The notes: generated from the sequence alone by a model not told the origin. Counted from the first letter of the stretch, positions 33,116 to 47,012 are shown. The stretch: DNA of 64,000 bases from Paraphysomonas bandaiensis (GCA_965644295.1 CBFFRP010000440.1:1-64000), one strand, 5' to 3'. Numbers and translations are program-made.

Positions 33116-34226
33116 ATGGCATTAAAGGGAAACAAAGGGTCAAATGATATCGCCAAAACCCTCATGACATATTCGAAGAAGACGAATTATCCAGACGTGG
33201 CTCTTCCTAATGTACGCGTCTATCTACTTGTTCATATTGGAGTAGTTATTGTTTATACGCAGGAGAACTGGACCCCCCTTCAGTTCGCATGTGCTATAGG
33301 TTAGATTAACGTGCTATTCTCATTATAACAACAGTGAGTTATATACTTACATACATACATACATACAGGGGACTTGTCGTGTGCACAGTATCTGATAGAA
33401 TCAAAAAAAGTTGACTTCTGCAAGTACAGTGAGGTCTGTATGTTTTGAACTCTTGCTATACCTGACACTTTGATAGAGTAAAGCTGTCCCAATGATGAGC
33501 CCTATCCATATCTGTGCACTTCACGGACATGTCGATATATTGCTTCTACTTGCTAATTCCGCTACTGTAGATGTTCAAGATCAGGTACATCCTTGCCATT
33601 GTAGTGTTGTATTTTTGTCATATTATTGTGCCACAGTGGGGATTTACTCCTTTACACTATGCGGTGTATGGCAGGGCGATATCGGCCGTCAAGTGTCTCT
33701 TAGAATTTGGGGCAGATGCCACCATATGCAGCAAGGTAAATCTACAAGTGATACCCTCATATTGTTCATCTTACGATATCTCATGTACGAGTGCAGTCCG
33801 GAAGCTCTCCCTTACAAATAGCGCAGGAGCTCCGCTTCCATGACATAGCAGATGTTCTTGCATCCAGAGTTAATATAGCGGAAGGTATTCGTGCAGATGT
33901 GATTCTTTTTATTCTAATCGCGGAAATTAGACCCCTCAGCACCACAATTTAGAGAGTGGTTACGTTGCCTTGGTGCAGGATCATACACTTCTAGTTTCTT
34001 CGGTGCTGGATACGACCTTGCTTTCATTGCAAAGCATGGACTCAGCGATGAAGATCTCGACTGTGTGGGCATTCCATCTACTCAAATGGGTTTGCGGAGG
34101 AAGCTGAAAGCCCTCCACAAAATCGATCGTTTCGCGCCAGCAGCTGATGGTGCAGATGAAAGTGTGGCTGACAGTGAGGAAGAGGAGTCAAGTGGTGGTG
34201 AATCTGATGGAAGCGAAGAGAGTTAG
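33116..34226 (+). CDS. Ankyrin-repeat protein with a C-terminal SAM domain (multi-exon, start uncertain)
   Basis: ENWTPLQFACAIG, SPIHICALHGHVDILLLL, WGFTPLHYAV. SAM-like LREWLRCLGAGSYTSSFFGAGYDL..LSDEDLDCVGIP..MGLRRKL. Confidence 0.85.
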
Positions 34227-34816
34227 TTGTAGGTTTTGTTCGTGTATATTTGCAATTTATTTTAGCTTGACTTTGTAGTATGTTATAATAAGCGTGTAGT
34301 TACGTAGTATTTAAAAGCTGTATTTTTTCTACAAAACTGCATATGCATAGAAGTTATTTCACAACAATAGTACGGCTGTATTTTAAGTAAATAGTATTGT
34401 GATACTCCGTGAAAATTCCTGCCACGAGCGTCATGCTTTAATAAAATCTACATAGATGGCGTGGTACTACAAATATGATTTCTTAGAGGTGAAAAATAAC
34501 ACTCTGGACACTATGATCTTCAGTATAAAAAGCAAGGAAGGTGGTCCATATTTTCAGCTTTCAGTATGTCAATTTCTAGTCATGGCACTTCGCCGTACAT
34601 GTGTATACATGCTCCACTAAGAACACTTTTTTTCAATTGCAAAAATGTAGTCATTAATTTCTACGAAAGGCGCTAATGTTGCAGCTCTATGTTGAACGAA
34701 GCCAAATATTAAACCAATTATTACAGGCAACCTTGACACTCTAAACACCACATCGTAGTTTTTTTGGGTATATAAATGGTCCTAACATCTAATTCAAATA
34801 TCCAAACTAATTAAAA

Positions 34817-37029
34817 TCAAGTTTTCTTGTTGCGTTTGGCCTTAGGAGGGGCTGCAGCAGACTTAATAACTTCCGGTTCACCGCTGGATTTCTTTACAGC
34901 GGGAGTAGGGTCCTCTTTTTTAGTCTGCAACACCTCATGGTACCTTTCTCTCTTCTTTCCCTTCGCTTTCTTTGGTTTGGACTCAGTTTCTAACTTCTGG
35001 TTCAACTGATCATTTAAGTCGCTAGCTTTCTGTTTCCAATACGCCAACTCATTATCAGGATCAGCAGAAACAGAAAAGTCGGCATCTCCATCGTCTCTCG
35101 ACTCCCCAGTTACAGCCACCGACTTGTCCCAGTTGTCATAGAACTCATCACCGAATGTGTCTTGTCGTTTAATCATGGGCGGCCTCATGAAAGTGCCAGT
35201 CTCACTATCTGGTGGAGGTGCTTGGGGATACGAGTCAATAGCACTTGGCAGTTTTATCACGTCATCATCTAGCGCGGATTTTCCTACCAACTGTGCACTG
35301 GCGAGCGGGGCAACTTCCATATAGCTCTCATTGATCCGGTTGCTAGAGGAAAGATTCTCACTATCCTTCCCCAAAGCCACCCGAGATGAACCTATGATTC
35401 GACGACCAGGCAATAAACTAGAGGAGGGTTGCTGCTGCTTGCTACCACCGCCTAATTCCACAGCTTGATGATACTTCTTAAGGTGGCCAATTGGACACAG
35501 ATGAGGTCTATGAGTGCCTGTACTCCCTGCCCCACTGTCGATAACATCTGGTTTAGGCAGCACCTGGTTAAGAAATATATTACAATGCACCATACCGCAT
35601 CTGAAAAGCACGTACCATTATATTAGTCAGAGCAATCTTCGAAAATGGAGCCAGAATGCGCACACACTGCCTGGTAATCACATTCCAGACACGAACATCC
35701 CCATCCATGGAGGCACTTGCCAACGTAACATTATCCTGGGAGTGCGCGATACTCGTAACAGCCTTGTCATGACCAACTAAAACGTCAATTTCAGGATCTG
35801 ATATGGATCCGTCGTGCTGCGCTTTTGCATGAGCGGAGGCGAGTGATAGAGCCGCAAGAGACAAAGAAGATATATATATCTTTCCGCTGTTGGATCCACT
35901 GAACGCATAATCATACGTGGGATTGGAAACACAGCACGTAAGGGGTTCTGGATGGCTTACGCGTAAAACCTCTCTCTGAGGAAAGAGGTCGTACACGACT
36001 AGTGAGCGATCTAACGATACGGTCATCACTCGGGTAGAGGCACAGGGTCCTCCAGAACTCTGCAGCTCAAGTCCCGTAATTGGAAGAGAGTGTGGGGACC
36101 ATGAGCGGAAGTGGGGAGCATTCTTATTGGCCGATCGCTCTGCCATCAACTTCGCCCCGGTGCTGCCGCTAAGGATATTCACAATGTCCCAGCAACGAGC
36201 CATTCCATCCTCAGAAGTAGACACACAGAAATTTCCACATGGAGTGAATCTAAGGCAAGACACAGCCTTAAAATGGGCTTGCCATGATAACACCATATTT
36301 CCCGTGGAGAGTTCCCAGCAGAATATGCGTCCCGCTTTCGTCCCACCAAGTAGATAGAAGCCATTCGAGTCAACAGCCACAGCCGTGGTTATTTCTTGTA
36401 TGTGACATTGCATTAGCGCCTATGCGACCGTTAACACAAGTCACACAAATGCACACGTACGGTGCTATATCACCACACCCTCTCACCTGAGGCTTGCCCC
36501 ACTGCCAAACATTTATCTGAGGCTTCTTCGACTGTGCCGCGATAATATAGTCTCCACATTTGGCGCCCATACCACTGAAAGAAGACATCCCCCCCACTGT
36601 GGTAACACCTGTACATATATACGGTGAATATCTCTAAGTATACTCATAGAAACATCACTAACACACCACTCCTACATAACAGACAGTAGCGCGATATACA
36701 TATATATATATACTTATCAACCACCAAACATAATACATGACTCACCCACACTATACTCATAATCTACTCACATACCACTGCATATAAGCAAAACCCCTAC
36801 ACTACTCACACACCAGCTATAGCTATCTATAGGAGACAATACCTTCCGGGGAGCACATACAATTCTTCAGCACATTCGAGAAGGGACTACCGGTCGATAG
36901 ATCGAAAAACCCTATCCCTCCTATGAAACAGTCAAGATACACGTAACTTTATTAATGACAAGAAGCACACAGAGATAGTAACCCACCAGTGTCCTTATTC
37001 GATGTTATGAGAAGGATCTCGTCATCCAT
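34817..37029 (-). CDS. WDR18: WD40 protein, WDR18/Ipi3-like (Rix1 complex), multi-exon
   Basis: DYIIAAQSKKPQINVWQW, GFYLLGGTKAGRIFCWELSTG, AHFKAVSCLRF..STSEDG, HSLPITGL, GHDKAVTSI..LASASMDGDVRVW and a C-terminal coiled coil. Confidence 0.85.
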
Positions 37030-37149
37030 TTGATTCACTATAAGATAAAAGAAAAGTCTGTCTGTTGATTCAGTGTGTTCTATTTAGTTACCAACAGATC
37101 TGTTCTCGTGTATTGTTGATAGGGTCATGCTGTTAATTCAAGGTGTCTC

Positions 37150-38350
37150 CTCACTGTTCCAGTCCTGTCGGAGCTGCTAATTCCCTGCCCAATCCGACAT
37201 ACTCCAAACAACAAGAACCACTCAACCAAAATATGATACAGGAAACAGGAATCCGTGTTTTTGATAAAGAAATGCCGATATTTGTTAACAAAATAGCCGA
37301 AAAATCCACTATATGATCCCTCAGTACTGCATCTTTACATGAGTTCAAGTATCAGCTTAGCTTAGCTGCACCACACTGCTGTGCTATCTGCCCTGATAAG
37401 AGCATGTTCCAAAAGAGGCGTGACGCTACTCTTTGCTCTAGTATGATTACGCTAGCTAGAAGCTGGAAGGTGACGACCACACTATACAATCACCACACAC
37501 AGAGAGGCTGAAGGGAGGTGCACACATCAGTGATAAGGTGGCCATCTACCCACACAGACGTTCCCTTCTTGCACATATTAAGTCTCCTGTTAGTTTAGAA
37601 GCATGCGACACACGAACAGTAGAGTGCGATCAGTTTGTATGGATCTGGTAAGTTAAGAGCCGAATGACGAGAGTTGGGTAAACTACTTTGAAGTGAAACA
37701 CTGAAGACGATAAATGAGTAACTTAGCCAGTGAGTAAGTTGATGATACCGTCAAAGGACATCAACGAGGACCGTATGAAAAGCATGGTGAGCAACACGAA
37801 AGAAGTGACAAGAGTTGAAGTCTTATGTTTGCCAGTAATCATGACTTTGACAGATAAAGCATTCATGTAAGCACTGTGAAACCAGTGGATATCTTAAGAC
37901 ATAACATGATTGAAAAAGTCATGGTATCAAGAGTCACCAAACCTTACAGATCTACAAAAAACTAATCGAATAGTCATCAGGTTCGTGAACAACCTCGTTC
38001 TGTTACTAAATCACATGGAATGGAATCAAAAAGGGTCCTTATGAATTGCAGGTCTCCATCTTTAAAACAAGCTGTGAAGGTTAAAGTAGATATAAATTCT
38101 CTAGACACAGCAACACTCTCCAGACAGCAAGGCACCCCACGCACTGCACACAATTCAAACATCCTACGTCTATTTTGAGTCACATCTATCGCAAGACGCC
38201 CCTCCATCGTCTGGACACAACAACGGCCAGAATGTAGTACTGCTAAGTACCAGAAAGCCCCTAACTATATACCATGGCGGGAGCTGTACAAATAAGGCGC
38301 ACACATACTGAAGTTAAAGTACATTAACTTACCAAGATAAGATTGCACAC
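37150..38350 (+). pseudogene. Possible highly degenerate retroelement remnant
   Basis: Intergenic, A/C-rich coding-like sequence with many stops. No intact motif, so support is weak. Confidence 0.2.
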
Positions 38351-38889
38351 GTACAACCATAATGGGCTAAGAAAACTCTTTGTTTCGTGCTTAGCTCGAA
38401 CTACAGTAATCATAATCTACCCACTGCAATACAATAAGAAATTGATTTTATATTGGTCATAATTGCATATTGCTATCGTGTAAGCATCTTCATGACCTGA
38501 ATACTGAATATGGTCTTACATCATGCACATCCACCTGTCGGTGACTGGGTTTCTGGCAGTCAAGAACTTTGAGTGGTATATGCCTCTGAGTGATTCTTTT
38601 GTCTATAGCTGTGAATTGTGAATACCCTGTGGATTGAATATTCAGCAAGCGGTTCTAAGCTGCTAATATGCTGACACAAAGCACTACATACTACATTCAT
38701 AATGGTGTATCCATCTAAAATAATATTGAAAAGAGTTTGACAGTCGTTAACACATGCTTTTCATAATTTGTTAGATCATCTATTATTTACACCAAGAGAG
38801 TTACCGCAAATGCTTATAATATAGTAGCTATATCGGTTTTCAATCATTGACTTTTTTCATGAGCATAGATAGCACTTTAGGAATTTAAA

Positions 38890-39012
38890 GCAGAAATTTA
38901 TCAGCTGACTATACATTATGCGGCTCACGTTAGTTTCCCAGAGAAATAACTCCGGTACTTATCCTCAGAACACACCACGAAAAGGTGCAAGTCCGACTTT
39001 GTTGAGGGATTC
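38890..39012 (-). mobile_element. 5' head fragment of the SINE-like element
   Basis: gcggctcacgttagtttcccagagaaataactccggtacttatcctcagaacacaccacgaaaaggtgcaagtccgactttgttgaggga. Confidence 0.75.
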
Positions 39013-39802
39013 TTTTTACGTTTTTATAAACTATCCACTGACTGCTATCATGATCATCAACGTTTCTCATTCAGAAGTATATAATTTTACTTAATACGTC
39101 CAGCATTATTCGCTGCTTGTATAGCAGTATTTTAAATCTCTACAACATTAGTATGTTAAGAAAATGAACTTGGATTTTGGATAGATGTTAGAATGTTTGT
39201 GCTGCAGAGCCAAATTTGGTTTGTTTTCATCAATGTAACACATGTTAAACTTCACATCACGAGACATCAATACAGCTAAGATCAAACTCGAGAAGTCAAT
39301 GGTGATTATATTCGAAGTCAAGTGGACGGTAGAATATTGATGATATAGGATAAACGATAAACAACGATATATATGAGAAACTGATATGTCTTATGTCTGA
39401 TATGTTATATTTCACGTGTGATATATCATGCTATGCAGAAGCAAAGATATATAACTAGATCTAACAAAATCAATAACAATGTGAAAACATAATAAATTCT
39501 ACGAAGGTAACAATATAAGGACGCAGTAAATAATTTATAAGGTATATGCTATCTACAGAGGATTCGAACATACATGTAACATGAATTGCTATTCCAACAC
39601 AGTTTAACGAAAGTCGAAATTCAACAATACTACTAAATCAATATTTAACAATAGCCTTACAAATAATGGAAATGATTATGGAAACCCCTGAACAGTCTAC
39701 TTATATATATAACAGGTCATATCCATAATTACGGCTCTATTTCCATTTTTACAAAACACCGGTGCTGGTTTCTACGGAATATATCACCTTACTATGTTGT
39801 CA

Positions 39803-42257
39803 TTAAGACTCGTGTGAATCCTTTCCACCACTACAAATATCCTCACTATCAGCAATAGGTCTCACTAAGTGTATTTGTGACACATTAGATAGCTGCTTGT
39901 TTCCAGATAAAAGTTTCCCATCATTTTGTGAGTTCGAAGTATTTGTATAGCGCGATATCCCTGCAACATTAGGGTCAGAGCAAACCATAGACAATAAGTA
40001 AATGTAATACCAGGAATCATTTGCTCAGCGAGTTCAGAAGGTCGACAATCTACTAGAATGTATCAAATAACACTGAATATATTTTTAACAGGAATTATAC
40101 CTGGTGCGGATAGATGATGCTGGGGTATTGAATTGTTGCTACCTTCCCCTGTCGGTTTCAAATCTGAATATGAAATCTGCCCACGCAAAAATGCAGTAAC
40201 AATTGCAAGTGCTGCATCTTCAGCTTGGGCTTTGTTGTATATAGGCCTACAATAACATCAGCGGTGCAACAAACACACCCAGAAGTGTTTTACCTATCAT
40301 CGGCATCGTCTGATTGCGAGGGCAACGGAAAATTGGAAGACAGCACAGATGTCGACGCACCAGAACTTTTATTCATACTTCCTGATGTGCTCGTTCTGGT
40401 TTCCGCAGTCACAGGCCACTGCCCACTTGAGAAGAGTGCCGAATTCGTCCTTCCGCCTGCACTCTCATTGGCCTTTGTTTGGTTCTGAAAAATCGCATTA
40501 TCCGGTGTATTTTTGCAGTCTACGCATCGGCAGCGATCAAAACATGGAACCCCAGCCTGTAAAGTTGTTCACAAAACTACGCTCCAGAAAAATACTACAT
40601 ACCTGGAAACACTCGCAGTATTTTTTCAGGCATGCCGACTTTTTGCAATGACAACCTGACTGATGTTGTCCCAACACACGAGTACCACTAACAGCAGCAG
40701 GGCCATCTTTTTTCAAATTTTCATTATAGCGAGATATCCGCGGCCTGTGGCAATGTTATACATACATCACAAAGTGTAGAGTGGGGCCTACTTGAAGGCT
40801 TCAGGGTTTCTATCAATGATCGCATTTTTCGCTGCTATTCTCTCTGCCTCACACGACTCCTACGGTCATAGATAAGGTGGTAGTATTAGCACAATGTATC
40901 ACGTACTCGATTAGCACAGTCTTTACAATGGCATCCCTGACAATATTGCTGTGCCCTGAAACAGTCACAATACCTACACACGAGGAAGTGGTACAGGCGT
41001 TAGCACAGAGCCAGTACAGTATGGCATGACGTACAGCTTCAGGCAGCGACTCTTCTTGCAATTACATGTGACACTTTTTACATCAGGAGATATAGATGGC
41101 TGACTCACACCAGTTTGCACAGCCTACGAGCGACTGTCAGAGACACGGGAATGGTACTGAGATGACAATCACACCTGCGGGCTGCTCATCACTTGATCGC
41201 CAACGCTAAGTGACTTGGCCTGTGTGGAAGCAGTCACGCGAGAGATAGGAAGAGAGACTGAAGGGCTGTCGTTTTTTTGACTCTTTCGTCCAGCTACCAA
41301 TGACATTGTGCCACTCTCATCATTTACTGCTGCCTTTGATATTTCTTGGTGCTCCTGCTGCGCAGGAGCGACGGGGTCCACACGTGGCGACAAAATACTG
41401 TTTTCAGTTTTCTTTTTTCCTTCGATTCGTCCACCTGTCCTGGCACATTTAGAGGCTTTCTTCCGTCGGTCGCAATTGCGTAAAGCTGCAGCTAAAACTT
41501 CTACATCTGTCTCGCAAAAGAATCGTGTATAAGCAACATTGATGAAAAAAAACTTCCTATACCTGGAGAAGGTGGTACATTTCTCCCACTTTCACCCAAA
41601 GAACCATCTTCCTCCCCTTCAGATGACACCCTACTATTGCTTTCCCGCACACGGCGACGTTTCTTTGTGGTTTTTTCATCAGACTCGCTTCCTGCTGGTG
41701 AGGTGTTAAACAAGTTCATGCTCTTCGAAGCGGAGCTCATTCCAGTTGCTCTCTTCTGCTGGCTATCTACTCGATTCATGCCAATCATGCGCTCTAAAAA
41801 GTGCCTGTCGCCGGGAGAGTGTATAGAAGAGCTTTCATATATACCTGTATGTGCTGAATCGAACATAACCTCATCCATACTGTTGATCTTCTTCGATTTG
41901 CCTGATGGAGAAGGCCTCGGTGTGCCATCTGCACAACCAAACAAATCACACCCTGAACTAGTTGGTTGTTGATAAGTGGACCACTCCCTGTACATATAAT
42001 TACAAACTAATCAGTTGAGTGTGCAGTGAGTACCGTGAATACGGTGTCTGAGGAGTCTGCAGGTGGGAGAATGGGGTGAATATGCCATCAAAGTTATACA
42101 TATCCGAATTAGGAGTGTTAAGAGAAGGCATGGAAACATGCTCTGGAGTACGCTGTGCTTCATCTATTCGTGATGATTTACTATCACGGAGTGGGGTTCG
42201 AACAGCCACTGAGTCATCTGAATCTCGAGAAAACTCCTTTGAGTCACTCGATGACAT
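39803..42257 (-). CDS. CRC-domain (tesmin/TSO1/LIN54-like) protein, multi-exon
   Basis: Spliced CNCKKSRCLKL, AIIDRNPEAFK, GCHCKKSACLKKYCECF and CRCVDCKN give two CXC clusters with the RNP linker. Confidence 0.88.
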
Positions 42258-42622
42258 AGATGTCTATTCAAATATATCGTAAGCTTATGGTGATTGAGTG
42301 TATGGCGATAAGCAGGTTAGTTATGTGAATTTCTTATACGTGAATTTGCTTATAGTGAAATCTTCAGAAGAAACCAGCGTGTCTGCTGCTTTTATAGTAA
42401 ACTAAACTGGCGAGGGAGAGCGTTGGTGTGTGTGTAGTGTGTGCTGGTGTTGTATAGTATACCTACAGTAGTACTGTATACCATAACTGTATATGAGTAC
42501 TATCGTACATATCGCTAAATTAAAATACTGTACAGAATACCGGAATACATAGCAGTACCACGAAGGAGCTGAGCGAGGCAGGATGTTGCTTGCTTGCATA
42601 TCTAGCTGGACTCCGAGTAGCT

Positions 42623-44541
42623 ATCACACCATTAACAGACCATCACAGCTGTGATATATGAGTCAATGGTAAAGCAGTATCACCAGTGTATTGTTCTGTG
42701 TAGTGTCATGGCACCAGAACGAAAAAAAGGAAGAGAGAGAGCCCTGGAGAGCCAGAGAAGCAGCAACTCACTCATATCTACATGTTTATGACCAATATAT
42801 ACATAAGAGACAGTTAGAACCACTAAACAAAAGAATAATGATGAAGTGACAACATAATTCATTGCCAGTTGTTCAGTTATGGATGCATCGCTGCCTTGAT
42901 TTGGGAAGCACGCCTGTGTTCGCTCAAGAGAATCTCACTGTAGATGGTGGCATCACCCTCAAACATGTTAAGAAGTTGTGGACAGAATTAAAAGTATGAG
43001 TGATGAAGAGAGAATGCATCGTAGTACGCATCACCCAAGAATACACCCCAGACACACTTTTGAACAAAATGAAGACAATAAAGATTACGTTGATAAAATG
43101 TTGGTGATGAATCATAGCGTCAACTTGTGACTGTCTCTTCGATACGAAGAGGAGTTCATTTGGGCAGCATTGTCCAGATTCTACTTCATTAGCAACAGTG
43201 TACAAGACCATGAGATTGAATAATACTCGAAAGACGTGGCATGGAAACATATCAAGAATCCATAGAAGCAGTTGTGCTCTCACCTATCTGCTGGACGCGT
43301 TGTGAAATTGATGGAAGATGATTTTTTAGCAAGATATGGTTAGGCACCAAGGGGTAAAGATTGTGAACGCGCATAGATAGGTGGCGGTCGTTCTTTTGCT
43401 GTTGACACTGCATGCACTGAATTGGGATTACTTGCATGGCATGTTTTTGAAGGTACTGTTTCCGAAAACGAAGTCGTTTTTTTCTTGAAGTCGATCGCAC
43501 CGTTCCTTAACGATGATTTTTTTTATAATTCTGCTAATCAACGAATAGCAGCTGTACGGATTATAATCGGGATGAGAGACATTGAACTACGTTTGGGGGA
43601 TGACCCAGTAGGACATTAATTTTGCATTTAGACACTACAACATTGAGCAGCTGGTGGTTTACATTTTTATGCACAGAGACAATTTCGACGTTGCTGCCTG
43701 CCTGCAGCATTAGTTGATCGTAAGGAAATGGTTTCCATTATATAGTATACATTAACATTAATTACGTGCAGTGATTTCAAGTAGGAAATTAATGACATCA
43801 ATTTGGTGGGCGTTTATGTAGAATCTGAATTAACAAATTCAGTTTTATCGTCAATCACGTGTAGGCTGTTAATGTCAATCGTGAGATTGTTCGTAAATCG
43901 TTATTGTGTCGTAATCCGTAATGTTTATAATAAAATGTATCTGTTTTTATGATGATGTTGTGTATGAATGGTGAATGGTTTTGACCTGTACGTAACCAAT
44001 TAAATCACTACAGTAGTTTGTAGTTATTATTATCTTTTCTGAGGTGTTCGCTATCCTTAAAGCTATATAGGAGGTGGACGGAACAATGACAACATTGTTG
44101 ACATTCATTGAAAAGTAAATCTGACCTCGACAAAAAGAGAAGTATGAAATTAGTTTGGGGGAGGCATGAGGGAGTATAATGGTCCTTTACCCAGGTTCAT
44201 GTGATAGGACAGATATATCACTGTTTAAAGATAGAAGATCGGCATCCAAAGTAATGAAACTCTTCCACCGTATTCGAACTGCAAGAGCCACAACGAAAGT
44301 GGGGCTATTATTTTGTTTCGTTGTTCTAACAATCGCTTTATGTATATTGGTCATGAATATGTAAAGATATAATAGTTATTTCGTACCTGGACAAATTGCT
44401 GCTTCTCTGGTTCTCCGGAGTTCTTTCTTTTCCTTTTTTCCGTTCTGGTGCCATTACACTGCACAGGACAACACATTGGTGACACTACTATACCATTGAC
44501 TCATATATTACAGCTGTAATAGCTTTTCAATGTTGAGTGAT
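42623..44541 (+). mobile_element. Degenerate DNA transposon with long (about 220-240 bp) TIRs and an IS630/Tc1-like transposase relic
   Basis: 42623-42840 is an imperfect inverted repeat of 44305-44541 (e.g. cagctg..atatatgagtcaatggta..tggcaccagaacg..cagagaagcagcaa). Internal broken frames RYG*APRGKDC and GLLAWHVFEGTVSENEVVFFLKSIAPFL resemble DDE_3 transposases. Confidence 0.75.
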
Positions 44542-44824
44542 GTGAAGGGGTTTCCAAATCACTTCTTTCGAAACTAAAAAGGAGGTCAAATACAAACATA
44601 CAAAAACCATCAGCGCTACTTCAGCGGACTTGTTCACAACAGACTGTCGAATTGTCATTTCATTTAAATAACATTCAAAATCAAAATTAATGAAAGCTCT
44701 TATTCTTTCGAACAGAACATCATCAAGTTGAATATATAATTTACTACTGTTAATATATCAGTGTTCAAGTCAACTTTTTAATAAACAAAATGGGGATAGG
44801 TACTTAGTTGTACTTTTTGTTAAC

Positions 44825-44940
44825 CAGGGCTGTGTAACAATTAATTGCAATTAAATTTCAACATTCCAGTGAGCAAGTAAATTGAAATTATTACGTATAT
44901 TTCATGCAATTTAATTGGAATTACAATTAATCGCAATACT
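44825..44940. mobile_element. AT-rich MITE fragment (CAGGGCTG TIR family)
   Basis: cagggctgtgtaacaattaattgcaatt. Confidence 0.5.
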
Positions 44941-45317
44941 CAACTCTTACATACTTGTAGATTATTGGAATTTAACTCTAGCATCTAGGTATCTAGTCTA
45001 TATTCTGTTGCGATGAAGCACATAAATATGTACAACTAGAAACACACCTTCTATGTTATTTTCTATCTAACGTATAAGCACTTAAATATTTCAAGTTCCC
45101 AAAATAATTGCAAACACAGGAAAAGGAAATAGCCAATATACACAAGGCCATTACTAACAGCGTATACGAAAGAAGTGTCACTTGATGAAAAGACTAAAGA
45201 TACAACTATAGCCACAGTTTCATCATAGTACGTTGTTAGCATTATCAAGTCCAACAAAGGTTCAAAAGAGTAGCAGTTGAAGCTATATACTGTCACAGGC
45301 ACAACTAGTTAATCATA

Positions 45318-45800
45318 ATCCTCAACAAAGTCGGACTCGCACCTTTTCGTGATGTTCTGGGGATAAGTAGGAGATGTTTCTCCGGGAAACTAACGTGAGC
45401 CGCAAACATATAGTCAGCAGATAATTTTCTACCAAATGCTTGTGTGGTACAAGGGACACCAATAAGTGTCACTTGTGTAGGCGTCTTTGCGTCTTTGGGC
45501 CTTGACGAAAAAACAGGCATCCAGGAATGGGCCCACCTTAAGGGTAATTGGGGTATTGGGCTGCCTGCTGAAGTCAAGCATCCGGGATATTAAGCTTGAG
45601 GACTCAACAAACCCGAAGTCAGCAGATGTCAGGTATATCAACATTCTGCTTGCTCACTGTGTTTGCTTTTAGTGAGAGAAAGTGGCTGCACATTGGTGCT
45701 TGCGGTGACGCAGAAACAGTTTCTTAGCGTTAAATAGTAGGATATCAGAGTTAAACGCTGACTCTGAAACGCCTATTATATAATAATACGACATTCACTT
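45318..45800 (+). mobile_element. Non-coding SINE-like element sharing the LINE 3' RNA motif
   Basis: Head cctcaacaaagtcggactcgc, body colinear with 28695-29235, 3' motif at 45677-45724 and tail gacattcactt. Confidence 0.8.
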
Positions 45801-45804
45801 CGCT

Positions 45805-46825
45805 CTCTCTCTCTGTCCAACACACTCATAACACCGCTGCACTGTCATACACACGCATCTTACACTCTACCTCCTCCTCGAGAACCTCCAGACAAACCAT
45901 CTCCCCTCCCTTCGTCTCTGATACGTTGCCGTCATCTTCCTTCCACACACACTCTATGCCTCAGCCTGTACCCCCCTGCACCAACACAGACACTAACAAG
46001 GGCAGCTGAGGACGTCCGAGTCTCTCCTCCAGACCATCATCATCATCATCATCATCTCGTGCATAGGTCTATCAGAGTACCCGACCTTAACAGACCTACT
46101 AGTTCTGTTGCGCAGTCCCACTCTCCTCTATCAGATGTTGCCTCTTTTGCACCATCACACTCCCTCTCGACTCCCTGTTGCTGGACACACCGGGTAACCC
46201 TCATATCTCACCCCTATCCAGCTATACACTCTCTTGCATGTGCTCTCTACCACTGGCTATAAGACAGCAAAAGAGTCGATTTCGACGCTTCTTCACAGTA
46301 GGCCATAACCTTTTGCAAGACTATCATCCACATACCTCCGAGCCACTTGGCACAATGCCTAAAGGCAGGCCACCAGATCGCCAATCTCAGCAGGGTATAG
46401 TGCTGTGTTCCCCTGGTTGCCATGAGGTACATAAGGCAGTCCCCGATGCAAATTGCAAATAATACACAATGTATGTGTAGTCTTAAGCGTTCCAGTGTTG
46501 TAGTAGTAGACGTAGATCACTGCTTTCACTTGTCATGCTGTACGTTGCACAACGTGCCTCCTACATACACACCTATCATATAGCGCCGGTGAGTCCTATG
46601 ACACACGACAATGGCAAAACTCGCAATCAACATCAAGAACGGAAGTGGTCGCACCTTGGTGCTTGCGACGACGCACAAGCAGCTTCTGTAGCGTTAAATA
46701 GTAGGATAACGGAATTTGTGCTGAGGTCTAACTAGTATGTCTAGCATTCAACTAGCCAATATATTGGCACAGGTTTTTAACGCCTATTGCTAAATAAAAA
46801 GACTTTCAATATAGACATTCACTTG
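45805..46825 (+). mobile_element. Degenerate 3' portion of a LINE-family copy
   Basis: MPKGRPPDR matches the ORF C-terminus HPKGRPPDQ. 3' motif at 46640-46688. The tail ggtctaactagtatgtctagcattc..aacgcctattgctaaataa..gacattcac closely matches the full element's 3' UTR. Confidence 0.75.
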
Positions 46826-47012
46826 TTAATGATAATATTCAGGCACTCGTTTTGGAGGATGCTTGCGTCATTCATCGAAAAATTCAATCGAAAATTATAC
46901 TTTATTGATTGTAATATGATAATCCATATTGAAGCACATACTGTAGGTATTCAATGACCAAGCTACATAAAAATAAACCAATACCTCACTCAATTTTATT
47001 ATTGGGTCATGC

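Noticed and set aside
45385-45425. Group I S-like (ATATAGTC) or group II domain V-like (GTGAGCCG) words in the SINE-like head
   Set aside because: The other conserved intron elements are not visible, and the sequence is a dispersed intergenic repeat.
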